DNA of 63,460 nt, the filler included. It is 4 parts of 4 records of this genome, joined end to end, with 100 filler letters (N's around TTAATTAATTAA, not from the genome) between each part and the next. Parts side by side here need not be neighbours in the genome. Positions count along the whole stretch, not along the records: positions 22,741 to 48,621 come from SRR31156797_23114; 3 more parts are not named here. One strand, given 5' to 3'. A model generated the notes under the pieces. It saw nothing but the letters and a program-made list of their open reading frames with translations. It did no database searches and was not told the origin of the DNA. Of the stretch, positions 36,928-47,000 are shown one piece after another. Both the position numbers and the translations under genes were made by a program. How positions within the stretch are numbered: the first letter of the stretch is position 1; every line of letters begins with the position of its first letter.

Positions 36928-38820
36928 TCAAACGCCGCAACCTGGACAGTATCCATTTCTGTAATCAGAAGGATTCATACCAGTCTGCCGTTTGAATATT
37001 CTGAAAAAATAACTGGAATCCGAATACCCCACCTCACGGGCGATCTCATACTCCTTCAGATTGGGATCCGCCAGAAGAACCTTGGCCTTCTCCACCCTGA
37101 TCTCATTGAGATGGCTGGAAAAGTTGCTGCCCGTCTCCTTCTTGTAGAGCTGCCCCAAGTAAGCGGCAGTCAGGTTAAACTGATAGGATAGGGTCTTAAG
37201 AGAGAGTGGCTTCTCAGAGTTCATTCTGACATAGTCGACTATTCTATCGATGGGCACCTTGGCCGACTGCGCGTTCTTGACCACGGCACAGTATTTTATA
37301 GAGATCTCTTCCAGCCACTGAATGGTCCGGTCGAAACTCTTCTGATGAAGGATGCGCTTTGCAAGCATGGCAGGATTATGACAGCCGGTCAGTGAACGGT
37401 TGTTGAAACCCGTTTCCGCGGTAATATGGATAAAATGGGAAAGAATCTCTATGGCTACACCGCTGCAGAACTCGGCTGACACAAGACTGCATGCCCCCAT
37501 CCTTGCAGTCAGGTCTTCAAAATAACAGCTAACGCCCGCAGCATCACCCAGCTTAAGGGCCTCGGTGTAGGGCATATAGTCGATGACAGGCAGTTCATTT
37601 TTCTTAATAAGAAAGATATCCACATCTTCGGCAGTGATGACATGGACAGGCATGAAAGAGACGGGGGGAATTTCAAATCCATTAAACCAGTCTATGGCGG
37701 TCTGCATGGCGAGGGCTCCGTCGATGATGCCAGACTGGTAGGTAGTCGCTTTGAGTTTTCCCTGTTTGATATCCCGAAGAGCGTCCTCCGGACTCCAGTG
37801 GGCCACGCAGATAACATCATTCCTCTTCGCCCGGTCCAGGGCCCTGAAGATTCCCTTCTGAACGATGAGGCTATCCGCCGAAACGATTCCCTTCAGCCTG
37901 TTTCCGTACTGGCTGACCCATTTATCTACGGCCCTCTCGGAGAGGGTGAGATTCATCTCGGTGGAACAGAAATCAAGACACTCCATAGTAGGAGCGATTT
38001 CGTTGAGTTCAGAAATGACCCCCCAGGTCCTGGCCAGATTACAGGAAGTCCCTTCCAGATGTTGAATCAGGGTATAGCCCCCCTTATAGTCCATATATTC
38101 GGCAAAGCGTCTTGCCAGCTCTCTGGACATCTCCCAGTCGTTGGGGCCTGTCCAGGAAAGAAGATAAGGCAGGTCCTCCTGCGCCGGCATCAGATTGCAT
38201 CCGATGATAGGAATCCCCGCTTCGTAGATCTTCTTGTATAAGCCCTTTATATGAGCGAACTCCGGCATCACATGGATCACAAGATCCGGTTTTTTTTTGA
38301 TTACCTGTTCAGCAAAATCATACTGAGCCTGATAACTCATATCCGTATCGATCAGTTCCAGCTCGACCTGATGGATATCCGCCAGCTGCCGCATTCCACT
38401 GCCGAGATTATCCATATAGGGATGATTCATGGGATTATTGTACACCACATGCTTCCCTTCCGGACCATCCATACTGCTTTCGGGCATAGGCTTCTTCTCA
38501 ACCTGCCAGTGCATATGCTCCAGGTCATACCAATGCCTGGCATCATCCATCGGATAGGAGGACTGCTTTTCAGGTCTGAGAGATCTTGTTGATTCCCTGT
38601 TTTCTCCGATTAGAATTAACGGACTTTTGTGTTTCAGACGGCTGTGCTCCTTTGACTCCCAGTATACCACAGACCTCCTCTGTTTCACATAAAGTCCCGG
38701 ATGACATCTGATACGGCCAGTTGATTCACGGGAAGAATACCATGCGAAGTATTGTGTATCTTTTAAGGCGTATCCCCCGCCGGGAATCAGTATCTCCCGC
38801 CTCCCGAAAACCTCAGCCAT
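36928..38820 (-). CDS. hybrid regulator: sugar-binding-protein-like sensor fused to AraC HTH (2)
   Basis: Paralog of 25685-27424 (WTGPNDW, ATTYQS, LSLKTLS...GYSDSSYFFRIFKR). The true start is probably downstream of 38820. Confidence 0.88.
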   Translation of the reverse strand: MAEVFGRREILIPGGGYALKDTQYFAWYSSRESTGRIRCHPGLYVKQRRSVVYWESKEHSRLKHKSPLILIGENRESTRSLRPEKQSSYPMDDARHWYDLEHMHWQVEKKPMPESSMDGPEGKHVVYNNPMNHPYMDNLGSGMRQLADIHQVELELIDTDMSYQAQYDFAEQVIKKKPDLVIHVMPEFAHIKGLYKKIYEAGIPIIGCNLMPAQEDLPYLLSWTGPNDWEMSRELARRFAEYMDYKGGYTLIQHLEGTSCNLARTWGVISELNEIAPTMECLDFCSTEMNLTLSERAVDKWVSQYGNRLKGIVSADSLIVQKGIFRALDRAKRNDVICVAHWSPEDALRDIKQGKLKATTYQSGIIDGALAMQTAIDWFNGFEIPPVSFMPVHVITAEDVDIFLIKKNELPVIDYMPYTEALKLGDAAGVSCYFEDLTARMGACSLVSAEFCSGVAIEILSHFIHITAETGFNNRSLTGCHNPAMLAKRILHQKSFDRTIQWLEEISIKYCAVVKNAQSAKVPIDRIVDYVRMNSEKPLSLKTLSYQFNLTAAYLGQLYKKETGSNFSSHLNEIRVEKAKVLLADPNLKEYEIAREVGYSDSSYFFRIFKRQTGMNPSDYRNGYCPGCGV

Positions 38821-39039
38821 GGCCTTTCGGAACGAGGTGTCTTTCCAAGGTCAATGGAGACGCAGTCCGGCTCTCTATGATTCTTTACTGCCAGAGCTCT
38901 TTCTCTGGAAGTCATTGTTGAATGCTCTAGACATAAATACGGATCACACCCGCCGAAGAGGGGCAGCCATTATAAATAGCAAGGATTCAAAGGGATTGAT
39001 TCCCAGCGCAGGGAGGTTTACCCGCCCGCTCTGTACGAA

Positions 39040-39792
39040 TCAGGGAGATTCAGTCTTCTGTGGATAATCATCAGAAATCTTCCTGGCCTTCTGCTGCATG
39101 GTCAGCTCCTGAATGACCTCCTCCATAAAGATAAAGAAGATGGTCCTGGATTTCTCGTAAGGCAGCAGATCGCCGGACTGAGGTTCCTTCGCAAGCATAA
39201 AGATCTTGTCGCACTGACTGAAAAGAGCCGAATTATACTCCTCCACAATGATAGCGACTTCGCACCCTTTCTCCTTCGTGTCGCGATATATCCCTTCGAA
39301 GGACTGAAATGAGCCGGTTACCGTAAAGATCAGCAGCAGAGAGTTTTCATCCGTCATGGAAGCGACGGACAAACCGTCGGGTACGGCCAGGATGACCTTG
39401 TTCGTACAGGTTCTGAGACGATACTCGAAGTACTGGGCGCACAGGAGAGACGGACCGTATCCGAACAGAACGATCTTGTCATGACCGGAAATCAGATCGA
39501 TCATTTCATCAACCTTCTGTCTGTCAAAATCATCTACGAAATTTCTGATCCGGACGAGTTCGGAAGAACGGCCATTCCCTTTTAATTCCTTACCATACAG
39601 GAAATCAATATACTGTTTATAGTTACTGAAACCGAGTTTCTTTGAAAACTTTGATATCTTGGAAACAGAACAGCCGCAGAGTTCGGCGGCCCTGGTAATC
39701 CGAATGGTTTCGACGGTTTTGCTATGGGCGCTGAGAATTTTATGTATCTCCAGTTCCAGAGGATTCAGAGCGTTGAAGTTGATGTTGATCAT
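39040..39792 (-). CDS. RpiR/MurR-family regulator (HTH + SIS)
   Basis: AELCGCSVSKISKFSKKLGFSNY HTH; SIS domain with LFGYGPS. Confidence 0.88.
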   Translation of the reverse strand: MININFNALNPLELEIHKILSAHSKTVETIRITRAAELCGCSVSKISKFSKKLGFSNYKQYIDFLYGKELKGNGRSSELVRIRNFVDDFDRQKVDEMIDLISGHDKIVLFGYGPSLLCAQYFEYRLRTCTNKVILAVPDGLSVASMTDENSLLLIFTVTGSFQSFEGIYRDTKEKGCEVAIIVEEYNSALFSQCDKIFMLAKEPQSGDLLPYEKSRTIFFIFMEEVIQELTMQQKARKISDDYPQKTESP

Positions 39793-39857
39793 AGTGCTAC
39801 GGTCCTGCTTTTGTTCCTTGGTAAAAGTCTAGCACGGTTCATACGCACTGTATAGGC

Positions 39858-39879
39858 TCAATGGAAAATTTTCCATTGA
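39858..39879. promoter_or_regulatory. perfect 22-bp palindrome, probable RpiR operator
   Basis: TCAATGGAAAATTTTCCATTGA. A second GAAAATTTTC core lies at 39904-39913, next to TTGACG-N18-TACAAT (39925-39954). Confidence 0.7.
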
Positions 39880-40014
39880 AAACATTCTAAATACATCTTT
39901 ATAGAAAATTTTCCTCTTTTTTCCTTGACGATTCTTAAAAACTGCCTTTACAATTCCAACATCAAAGATGAGAAATACCCAAAACCGGATTTTTTACATA
40001 ATCAGGAGGACAAG

Positions 40015-41493
40015 TTGTTGGATTCAAAAACAATACTGAATCAGCTGGAAAAAATCGTGGCATCCGATCAGATCAATACGGACAAAGATGATCTGTACGA
40101 TGCCGCCGCAGACAGGTATAAAAAATACGCCAAAGCGAGAAAGGTACTGGACGCCCCCCCTCCCATCGCCATCGTATACCCGAAAGACAAGGATGAGGTA
40201 AGCTCGCTCCTAAAGTACTGCAGCGGGAACGGGATCAACGTCATCCCCAGGGGAGGAAAAACGGCTACCGAGGGCGGACTCGAAAACTGGAAGGAGGCCA
40301 CCATCGTCATCGATGCCCTCCATTTGGACAAGATCATCAAGATCGATACCTACAACTCCCAGGCCACGGTTCAGGCCGGCGTCGCCCTGCAGGACCTGGA
40401 AGACGAGTTGAGAAAGGTCGGGTTTACGGCAGGCCACTCTCCCCAGTCCAAGCCCGTGGCCAAGTACGGCGGCCTCGTCGCCACGAGAAGCATCGGACAG
40501 TTTTCCACTCTCTACGGCGGAATCGAGGATATGGTAGTTGGCCTGGAATGCGTATTCCCCGACGGCCATATCGCCAGAATCAAGAACGTGTCAAGGCGCT
40601 CCGGTGGTCCCGATATACGTCACATCGCCATCGGCAACGAGGGGACCCTCTGCTATATCACTGAAGTCACCATAAAAATCTTCAGACACTATCCCGAAAA
40701 CAATAAATTCTACGGCTACCTGGTCAAGGATGTGGAAACCGGAATCAGCGTGCTTCGGGAGGTGATGGTCAACGGATTCAGACCCTCCGTCGCAAGGACC
40801 TATTCCGAAGAAGATGCGGCTCAGCACTTCTATCACTTCTATGAGAACAAATGCGTCCTGCTCTTTATGGCGGAAGGCCCCAGAGGGATCGTCGAAGCCA
40901 CCGGTCAGGCCATTGAGGCGGCCGTTGAAAAACACAGGGACGGTCTTGTGAAACAGGTGGACAGCCAGCTGATCGAGGATTGGTTCAATCACCTGAACTG
41001 GTCCCAGAAGGACATTGACGACGAGTTTGAGGGGATGGTGGAAAGCGACGCCCATGCAGGGTTCACCACAGAGATCTCCGCCGACTGGGAGACCATACCC
41101 AGGATCTACAACAGCGTTATCGAAAGGGTAAGAAGCGAATTCGAACGCTCCGAAGACCTGACCATGCTGGGCGGCCACTCATCACACAGCTATATCAACG
41201 GCACCAACATGTATTTCGTCTACAACTACAAGATCCACTGCGAACCGGAAGATGAAATGCTTATCTACCATCATCCCATCCAGAAGATCATCGTCGAGGA
41301 GACCCTGAAGCAGGGCGGCTCCATGTGCCACCATCACGGCATTGGCAAATACAGAAGCGAATGGTCTCAGGACGAGCACGGAACGGCATTCTACATGCTT
41401 GAGAAGCTAAAAAAGGCCTTCGATCCCAAGGGCGTAATGAACTACGGAACGATCTTCCCCGAGTACGAGGCCATCAAAAAATACATCTGGTAA
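40015..41493 (+). CDS. FAD-binding oxidoreductase, YgcU/alkyl-DHAP-synthase-like (VAO/PCMH family)
   Basis: Motifs GHSPQS, GGLVATRSIGQFSTLYGGIED, GNEGTL, GHSSHSY, SMCHHHGIGK, DPKGVMN. TTG start after AGGAGG. Confidence 0.88.
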   Translation: MLDSKTILNQLEKIVASDQINTDKDDLYDAAADRYKKYAKARKVLDAPPPIAIVYPKDKDEVSSLLKYCSGNGINVIPRGGKTATEGGLENWKEATIVIDALHLDKIIKIDTYNSQATVQAGVALQDLEDELRKVGFTAGHSPQSKPVAKYGGLVATRSIGQFSTLYGGIEDMVVGLECVFPDGHIARIKNVSRRSGGPDIRHIAIGNEGTLCYITEVTIKIFRHYPENNKFYGYLVKDVETGISVLREVMVNGFRPSVARTYSEEDAAQHFYHFYENKCVLLFMAEGPRGIVEATGQAIEAAVEKHRDGLVKQVDSQLIEDWFNHLNWSQKDIDDEFEGMVESDAHAGFTTEISADWETIPRIYNSVIERVRSEFERSEDLTMLGGHSSHSYINGTNMYFVYNYKIHCEPEDEMLIYHHPIQKIIVEETLKQGGSMCHHHGIGKYRSEWSQDEHGTAFYMLEKLKKAFDPKGVMNYGTIFPEYEAIKKYIW

Positions 41494-41611
41494 TCATTGG
41501 AGCGTTTTTAAAAGGAGAACGATTCAATCAAGGATTTTATCAGCGGAAGCGGCCACCAGTCTCTCCGCTTCCTGCTGATGAATATAAGAAATCAATTTTA
41601 TGGGAGTCATT

Positions 41612-42913
41612 ATGAAAAAGGAGAATCTAAGACGTTATTTCCAGTTTTTTCTGATCGTGTTGGCGGCAGGAGCCATCTACCCCGTCATCTATCTGAAAAC
41701 CAACTATCAGGAAACGATCCTCGAGGTATTCAATATCACCCTGCCTCAGCTGAACAACTTCTACTCGGTTCTGGGAATGGCCTATATCATCGGCTACATC
41801 CCCAGCGGTCTGCTCAGCGATAGATTTTCAGCGAAGTGGCTGATCGCCATATCTCTGATAGGGACAGGCCTCAGCGGCCTCTGGTTCGCTCAGGTTCCTT
41901 CTGAAGGCTCGGTCAGCGCCATCTTCTTCCTCTGGGGCTTCTTCTCGGTTTTTACATTCTGGAGCTCCCATATGAAGATTGTAAAAATGCTTGCCCAATC
42001 TCATGAGGAAGGCCGGTTCTTCGGAATCCTGGACGGCGGACGCGGTGTCGTGGAAGCCCTTATGGGCACCGTAGGACTGGCGGTATTCGCCGCCATCCTC
42101 GGAAGCAGCACGGCCATAGGCGATAAAACATCAGCCCTGACGACGGTGATCTACCTCTACTCCGTCATCGTACTGGCAGCCGCCGTTCTTATCATGATCT
42201 TCGTAGAAAGAGATGAGAAGCTGAAATCCTATACCGCGAGGAGCGGCGAGCGTTCTGAGTCGGAAAAATTCCACCTCAAGGACGTGGGCAAGCTTCTGAA
42301 GAACAAATACGTCTACCTTATGGCCGGAGTCATCTTCATGGGATACGCCGTATTCTGGACGGTCTATTATCTGGGCGGATTCCTGCAGAGCAATGTCGGC
42401 ATCGATGCCGTGACGGTCGGAACCATCATGGTCGTCGTCCTCTGGATGCGCCCCGTGGGCGGCTTCATCGGCGGCTTTATGGCAGACCGTTTCGGCAGAG
42501 CCCGGACCATCAGCGGAGCCCTGATCGGCGCCGCCGTCCTCCTGGCCCTCGTATCTGTCATTCCCGCGACCTCGTCTCCGGCGATGTTTACCGTACTGAT
42601 CGTCGTGCTGGGAGCCTTCCTTTACGCCATACGCGGTACCTACTGGTCTCTCCTGGGGCAGTCCAGGATAGAGGCGGCCATGATGGGAACGGCCATCGGT
42701 GTGATCTCCTTCATAGGATACCTGCCTGACATCATCCTGCCCCAGATGAACTCATTCCTGTGGAACACATTCGGTCCCAACGGCGGCTACAATGCCTACT
42801 TCATCGTCAGCGGCATCCTCGGCCTGATCGGCGTCGCCATCGCATTTGTATACAACAGACTGAATAAACCCGCCCAGGCCGGGATTATAATGGAAGCCCC
42901 TCAGGAAGCCTGA
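41612..42913 (+). CDS. MFS transporter (YqcE/YihN-like)
   Basis: 12-TM profile with GLLSDRFS, GRFFGILDGGRG, GFMADRFG, IGYLPD. Confidence 0.9.
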   Translation: MKKENLRRYFQFFLIVLAAGAIYPVIYLKTNYQETILEVFNITLPQLNNFYSVLGMAYIIGYIPSGLLSDRFSAKWLIAISLIGTGLSGLWFAQVPSEGSVSAIFFLWGFFSVFTFWSSHMKIVKMLAQSHEEGRFFGILDGGRGVVEALMGTVGLAVFAAILGSSTAIGDKTSALTTVIYLYSVIVLAAAVLIMIFVERDEKLKSYTARSGERSESEKFHLKDVGKLLKNKYVYLMAGVIFMGYAVFWTVYYLGGFLQSNVGIDAVTVGTIMVVVLWMRPVGGFIGGFMADRFGRARTISGALIGAAVLLALVSVIPATSSPAMFTVLIVVLGAFLYAIRGTYWSLLGQSRIEAAMMGTAIGVISFIGYLPDIILPQMNSFLWNTFGPNGGYNAYFIVSGILGLIGVAIAFVYNRLNKPAQAGIIMEAPQEA

Positions 42914-43704
42914 TGAAGATTATCTGTGTTGTGAAGTTCGTGCCCGATGTGGACAACTTCAGTTACGACCATGAAAACCATGTGCTGATTCGGGAGAACA
43001 GCAGGATGCTGATCAATCCCGACGATGCCTGCGCCATAGGGTTCGCACTGAAAATGAAGAAGCAGAATCCTGATGTTCTCATCGAGGTGCTGACCATGGG
43101 GCCGAAATCGGTCGTAGCTCTGGTGGAGGACATTCTGAGAGTCGGCGCGGACCTGGGAACGGTGATCTCCGACAGGCTCTACGCCGGCAGCGACAGCTAT
43201 GTAACCAGCAGGATTCTGGGAAGATACCTTTCATCGGCGGAGTATGATTTCATTCTGACCGGAAGCCATGCCGTCGACGGCGATACATCCCATGTGCCGT
43301 CCCAGATAGCGGAGCTTCTGGATCTGAACCACCTGTCCGGGATTTCCAGGATAGACGCAAGCCTTGACGGCTCCATGGCCGTCGTCGATGTGGAGGATGA
43401 GAGATCCTTATGTACCTACGAGATGGATCTTCCCGCCGTATTGAGCCTCAGCAGAGAGAGCGCCTACAGGCTTCCCTATGTGAGGTATAAGAACCTGAAC
43501 AGGGACGTCACACACAGATTGAACAAACTGAGCAACAGGGATCTGGGATTCAGAGAGGATGAGGTCGGCCTCAAAGGCTCCCTCACAAGCGTGGCCCGGA
43601 CTTATACGAAACAGTACGAAGTAAGGAAAAGGCTGGTCGTCGGTACGGATGATAACGGGATCGACGCGGTCTTTGATTTCCTGAAAGAGAAAAGATTCAT
43701 CTGA
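42913..43704 (+). CDS. ETF beta/FixA-like subunit (YgcR-like)
   Basis: Motifs KFVPD, INPDD, TMGP, AGSDSYVT, DGDTSHVP. Confidence 0.9.
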   Translation: MKIICVVKFVPDVDNFSYDHENHVLIRENSRMLINPDDACAIGFALKMKKQNPDVLIEVLTMGPKSVVALVEDILRVGADLGTVISDRLYAGSDSYVTSRILGRYLSSAEYDFILTGSHAVDGDTSHVPSQIAELLDLNHLSGISRIDASLDGSMAVVDVEDERSLCTYEMDLPAVLSLSRESAYRLPYVRYKNLNRDVTHRLNKLSNRDLGFREDEVGLKGSLTSVARTYTKQYEVRKRLVVGTDDNGIDAVFDFLKEKRFI

Positions 43705-43705
43705 T

Positions 43706-44662
43706 ATGAAACGAATATTGATCTACGCGGAACATGATTATCAGAGCGACGCCGTCGACCTGCTGGAGACAGCCGGCCGGATCTACGGAGAGGAATCATT
43801 TGAAAGCTGCGCCCTCATTGTCAATGCAGAGGGAAGCGGTCTGTCGGGACACTTTGATGTCCTGTACAGAGTCAGCGATGATAGAATCAGACTATACGAC
43901 CAGAAAAGCATGGCCGATCTTGTGGCCGGACTGCACAGGGAATACGGTTTCGACAGCATCCTGATACCGGCCACTCCGCAGGGAAGGATGCTGGCCCCCC
44001 GTATAGCCATGAAGCTGAAGACAGGACTGGTTGCAGATATAACGGAGATAGGGGGCTCAAAGGAAGCGCTGGAGCTTGTCAGGCCCGCCTACAGCGGCAG
44101 GATAATGGCAGGGATCCATATCAAGGGAGAAGGACCGGCAATGATGACCGTACGTCCCGGCATATTCTCATATCCCCGAAACCGGTCTGTAAATACCCGG
44201 GTAATCGAGCCGGAAGGGCTCCCGGCCCCATCAAGGGGGATCAGGCGTATTCAGAGAAAGGAAAAGCCCCTTGAGTACGATATCAGGGAAAGCGATGTCC
44301 TCATATCAGGAGGCGGTGGCGTCTCAAAGGATTTTGCCACCCTCAAACCCCTTGCCGAAGCCCTGAAGGGACAGATCTCGGCAAGCAGGGCTGTTGTGGA
44401 CAAGGGGATTGTCGCCCGAACCGTTCAGGTGGGGCAGTCGGGCAAAACCGTCAGCCCCTCCCTGTACATCGCCCTGGGCATCAACGGGGCCATACAGCAT
44501 GTGGAAGGACTGAAAAATGTGGACAACATCATCTCAGTCAATATCAACAGGAATGCACCCATCTGCAGCCTGTCGGATATCGTTGTGGAGGGAGATGCCG
44601 TCACATTTATAAATAATTTATTAGAGAGAATCAACAAGGAGAAAAAGGATGGAACTGACTGA
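43706..44662 (+). CDS. ETF alpha/FixB-like subunit (YgcQ-like)
   Basis: Motifs GLVAD, RPAYSG, ASRAVVD, QVGQSGKTVSP, GINGAIQH. Confidence 0.92.
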   Translation: MKRILIYAEHDYQSDAVDLLETAGRIYGEESFESCALIVNAEGSGLSGHFDVLYRVSDDRIRLYDQKSMADLVAGLHREYGFDSILIPATPQGRMLAPRIAMKLKTGLVADITEIGGSKEALELVRPAYSGRIMAGIHIKGEGPAMMTVRPGIFSYPRNRSVNTRVIEPEGLPAPSRGIRRIQRKEKPLEYDIRESDVLISGGGGVSKDFATLKPLAEALKGQISASRAVVDKGIVARTVQVGQSGKTVSPSLYIALGINGAIQHVEGLKNVDNIISVNINRNAPICSLSDIVVEGDAVTFINNLLERINKEKKDGTD

Positions 44663-45428
44663 TTTCAACATGGATTTCTTTTCACTAAAAGGGAAAAACG
44701 CCATTGTCACGGGAGGAAACGGCGGACTGGGACAGGCCTTCAGCACCGCTCTGGCAAAGGCCGGAGCCAACGTGCTGGTTCCCAGCCTGGCGGATGACGA
44801 CGGGAGCACCAGGACTCTGGTGGAAGGCTGCGGAGTCGAGTACAAGTTTCTGGAAGCCGACATCACCAAAGACGGGGAGTGCAAGAGAATCGTCGATGAG
44901 TGTGTGAGCACATGGGGGAGCATCGATATCCTCGTCAACTGCGCCGGCATCAGCATCAATGTCAGAGATGTGACCCAGTACACACGGAAAGAGTGGGACA
45001 AGATGGTATCCATCAACCTGACGGCTGCCTTTGAGATGATTCATGAATCCTGCAAATACATGATCAAACAGGAAAGCGGCAAGATCATAAATATAGGCTC
45101 CCTTTTCTCCTTCCTGGGAGGTCAGTGGTCTCCCGCCTACGCATCAACCAAACACGGTATCGTCGGACTGACCAAGGCCATGTGCGACGAGCTGGGACAG
45201 TGGAATATCCAGGTCAACGCCATCGCTCCCGGTTACTACGCCACCCCTCTGACCGAGATGACGCGAAAGGATGAGAAGCGCAATGCCGAGATCCTCGCCC
45301 ACATCCCCGCCAACAGATGGGGATATACGGCGGATCTGATGGGAGCGACCATCTTTCTCTCCAGTGCGGCATCCGATTATGTGAATGGCACGGTGCTCAC
45401 CGTAGACGGCGGATACATGATGCGTTGA
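44649..45428 (+). CDS. SDR oxidoreductase (YgcW/KduD-like)
   Basis: Motifs TGGNGGLG, VNCAG, YASTK, NAIAPGY, VDGG. Confidence 0.93.
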   Translation: MELTDFNMDFFSLKGKNAIVTGGNGGLGQAFSTALAKAGANVLVPSLADDDGSTRTLVEGCGVEYKFLEADITKDGECKRIVDECVSTWGSIDILVNCAGISINVRDVTQYTRKEWDKMVSINLTAAFEMIHESCKYMIKQESGKIINIGSLFSFLGGQWSPAYASTKHGIVGLTKAMCDELGQWNIQVNAIAPGYYATPLTEMTRKDEKRNAEILAHIPANRWGYTADLMGATIFLSSAASDYVNGTVLTVDGGYMMR

Positions 45429-45457
45429 TTTAAATTTCAGATGAAGAGAAGTATGCT

Positions 45458-46894
45458 ATGGAAAAGAAATACATTATCGCTATCGACGGTGGTACGCAGA
45501 GCACCAAGGTAGCTGTTTTTGACACCGAAGGGACCGAGATCTGCACCCATACGGTTAAACTGCGCCCCATGGACCTGTACGGAGACAGCAGGGCGGAGCA
45601 CCCTGATGACGACCTGTGGGAAAGCCTGAAAGAGGCCTGCAGGGGAGTATTCGAAAAGTTCATCGGAGACAGGAAGGATATCATCGGCGTAGGCCTCGGT
45701 TCCATTCGATGCTGCCGGGCCCTGATCAGAGAGGACGGAGACCTTGCCTCCCCCATTCAAAGCTGGATGGACCTGAGGCTTTCAAGACCCTATGAGCATG
45801 AGGACGACAGCGTCCGATACGTCACGACCACAACAGGTTACCTGACCCACAGGATGACCGGGGAGACGAAGGATACGAGATCGAACTACGTCGGCCCCTG
45901 GCCCATCGACTCGGACACCCTGGACTGGCATGAAGATAAGGAGCTCTTCGACACCTTCACTACCCCCAGAGAGATGCTTTTCGATCTGGTGGATCCCTCA
46001 ACGGTACTGGGAAGGGTCAACGGATTCGCCGCCGGAGCGACGGGGATCCCCGAAGGAACCCCTGTGGTTTCCACATCCAACGACAAGGCGGTCGAGGGAC
46101 TGGGAGCCGGAATCGTCAACGACGGAACCGTACTGGTATCCCTGGGAACGTACATCACATCCATGATGGTGGGAGATGAAAAGCGAAGCGATACCGTAAA
46201 CTACTGGAGCAATCCGGGAGCGACCCCCGGAGAGTACCTCTACGAGAGCAGCGGAATCCGCAGGGGCATGTCCACGGTTACCTGGATCAAGGATCTGCTG
46301 GGCAGCGATATCGTACGGGAAGCCGAGAAAAAAGGCCTCAGCCCCGAGGGATATCTCAACGAGCTGGGACAGGAGGTCCCCGTTGGATGCGACGGACTCT
46401 ATACGATCCTTCACTGGCTAGCCCGTCCCGACCAGCTCCATGAACGGGGAATGATGATCGGGTTTAACGGCAACCACAAAGGCCCCCATATGTACCGGTC
46501 GGTCCTTGAGGGAATAGCTCTGACCATGAAAAACCATGCCCAGGCCATGTGCGAAGAACGGGGTATCGAGCTGTCTAATATAGTGGTCAGCGGCGGAGGT
46601 TCAAACAGCGATCTTTTTATGCAGATCTTTGCCGACGTGTTCGGCGTTCCAGCTCACAGGAATGTGGTCAACGGCTCTGCCAGCATGGGGGCGGCCATCT
46701 GTACGGCCCTGGCTCTGGGAATCTACAAAGACAGGCAGGATGCCATCGACCATATGGTTAAGAGAAGAGACTCCTTCCATCCCGTTGTTGAGAACGTAAC
46801 GCTCTACAATGAGATGAATGAGAAGGTCTACAAGCATCTGCCGACGCATACGGATGAGCTTTTGAGAAGATCTCACAGCATCTTCAACAAATAA
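45458..46894 (+). CDS. FGGY-family carbohydrate kinase (YgcE-like)
   Basis: Motifs AIDGGTQSTK, SLGTY, YRSVLEGIA, SGGGSNS..MQIFADV. Confidence 0.92.
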   Translation: MEKKYIIAIDGGTQSTKVAVFDTEGTEICTHTVKLRPMDLYGDSRAEHPDDDLWESLKEACRGVFEKFIGDRKDIIGVGLGSIRCCRALIREDGDLASPIQSWMDLRLSRPYEHEDDSVRYVTTTTGYLTHRMTGETKDTRSNYVGPWPIDSDTLDWHEDKELFDTFTTPREMLFDLVDPSTVLGRVNGFAAGATGIPEGTPVVSTSNDKAVEGLGAGIVNDGTVLVSLGTYITSMMVGDEKRSDTVNYWSNPGATPGEYLYESSGIRRGMSTVTWIKDLLGSDIVREAEKKGLSPEGYLNELGQEVPVGCDGLYTILHWLARPDQLHERGMMIGFNGNHKGPHMYRSVLEGIALTMKNHAQAMCEERGIELSNIVVSGGGSNSDLFMQIFADVFGVPAHRNVVNGSASMGAAICTALALGIYKDRQDAIDHMVKRRDSFHPVVENVTLYNEMNEKVYKHLPTHTDELLRRSHSIFNK

Positions 46895-46914
46895 CGGAAC
46901 AGAACCTGCAGATT

Positions 46915-46962
46915 ACGGCAGAAGGAGAGGATGCCCCGGCATCGTTCCTTCCTGCCGTTTTT
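46915..46962 (+). terminator. intrinsic terminator of the ygc-like operon
   Basis: ACGGCAGAAGGA..GATGCC-CC-GGCATC..TCCTTCCTGCCGT followed by TTTT. Confidence 0.75.
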
Positions 46963-47000
46963 CGCGTATGAGAGATGATATTAATAAAGAGGGGGAAGAC

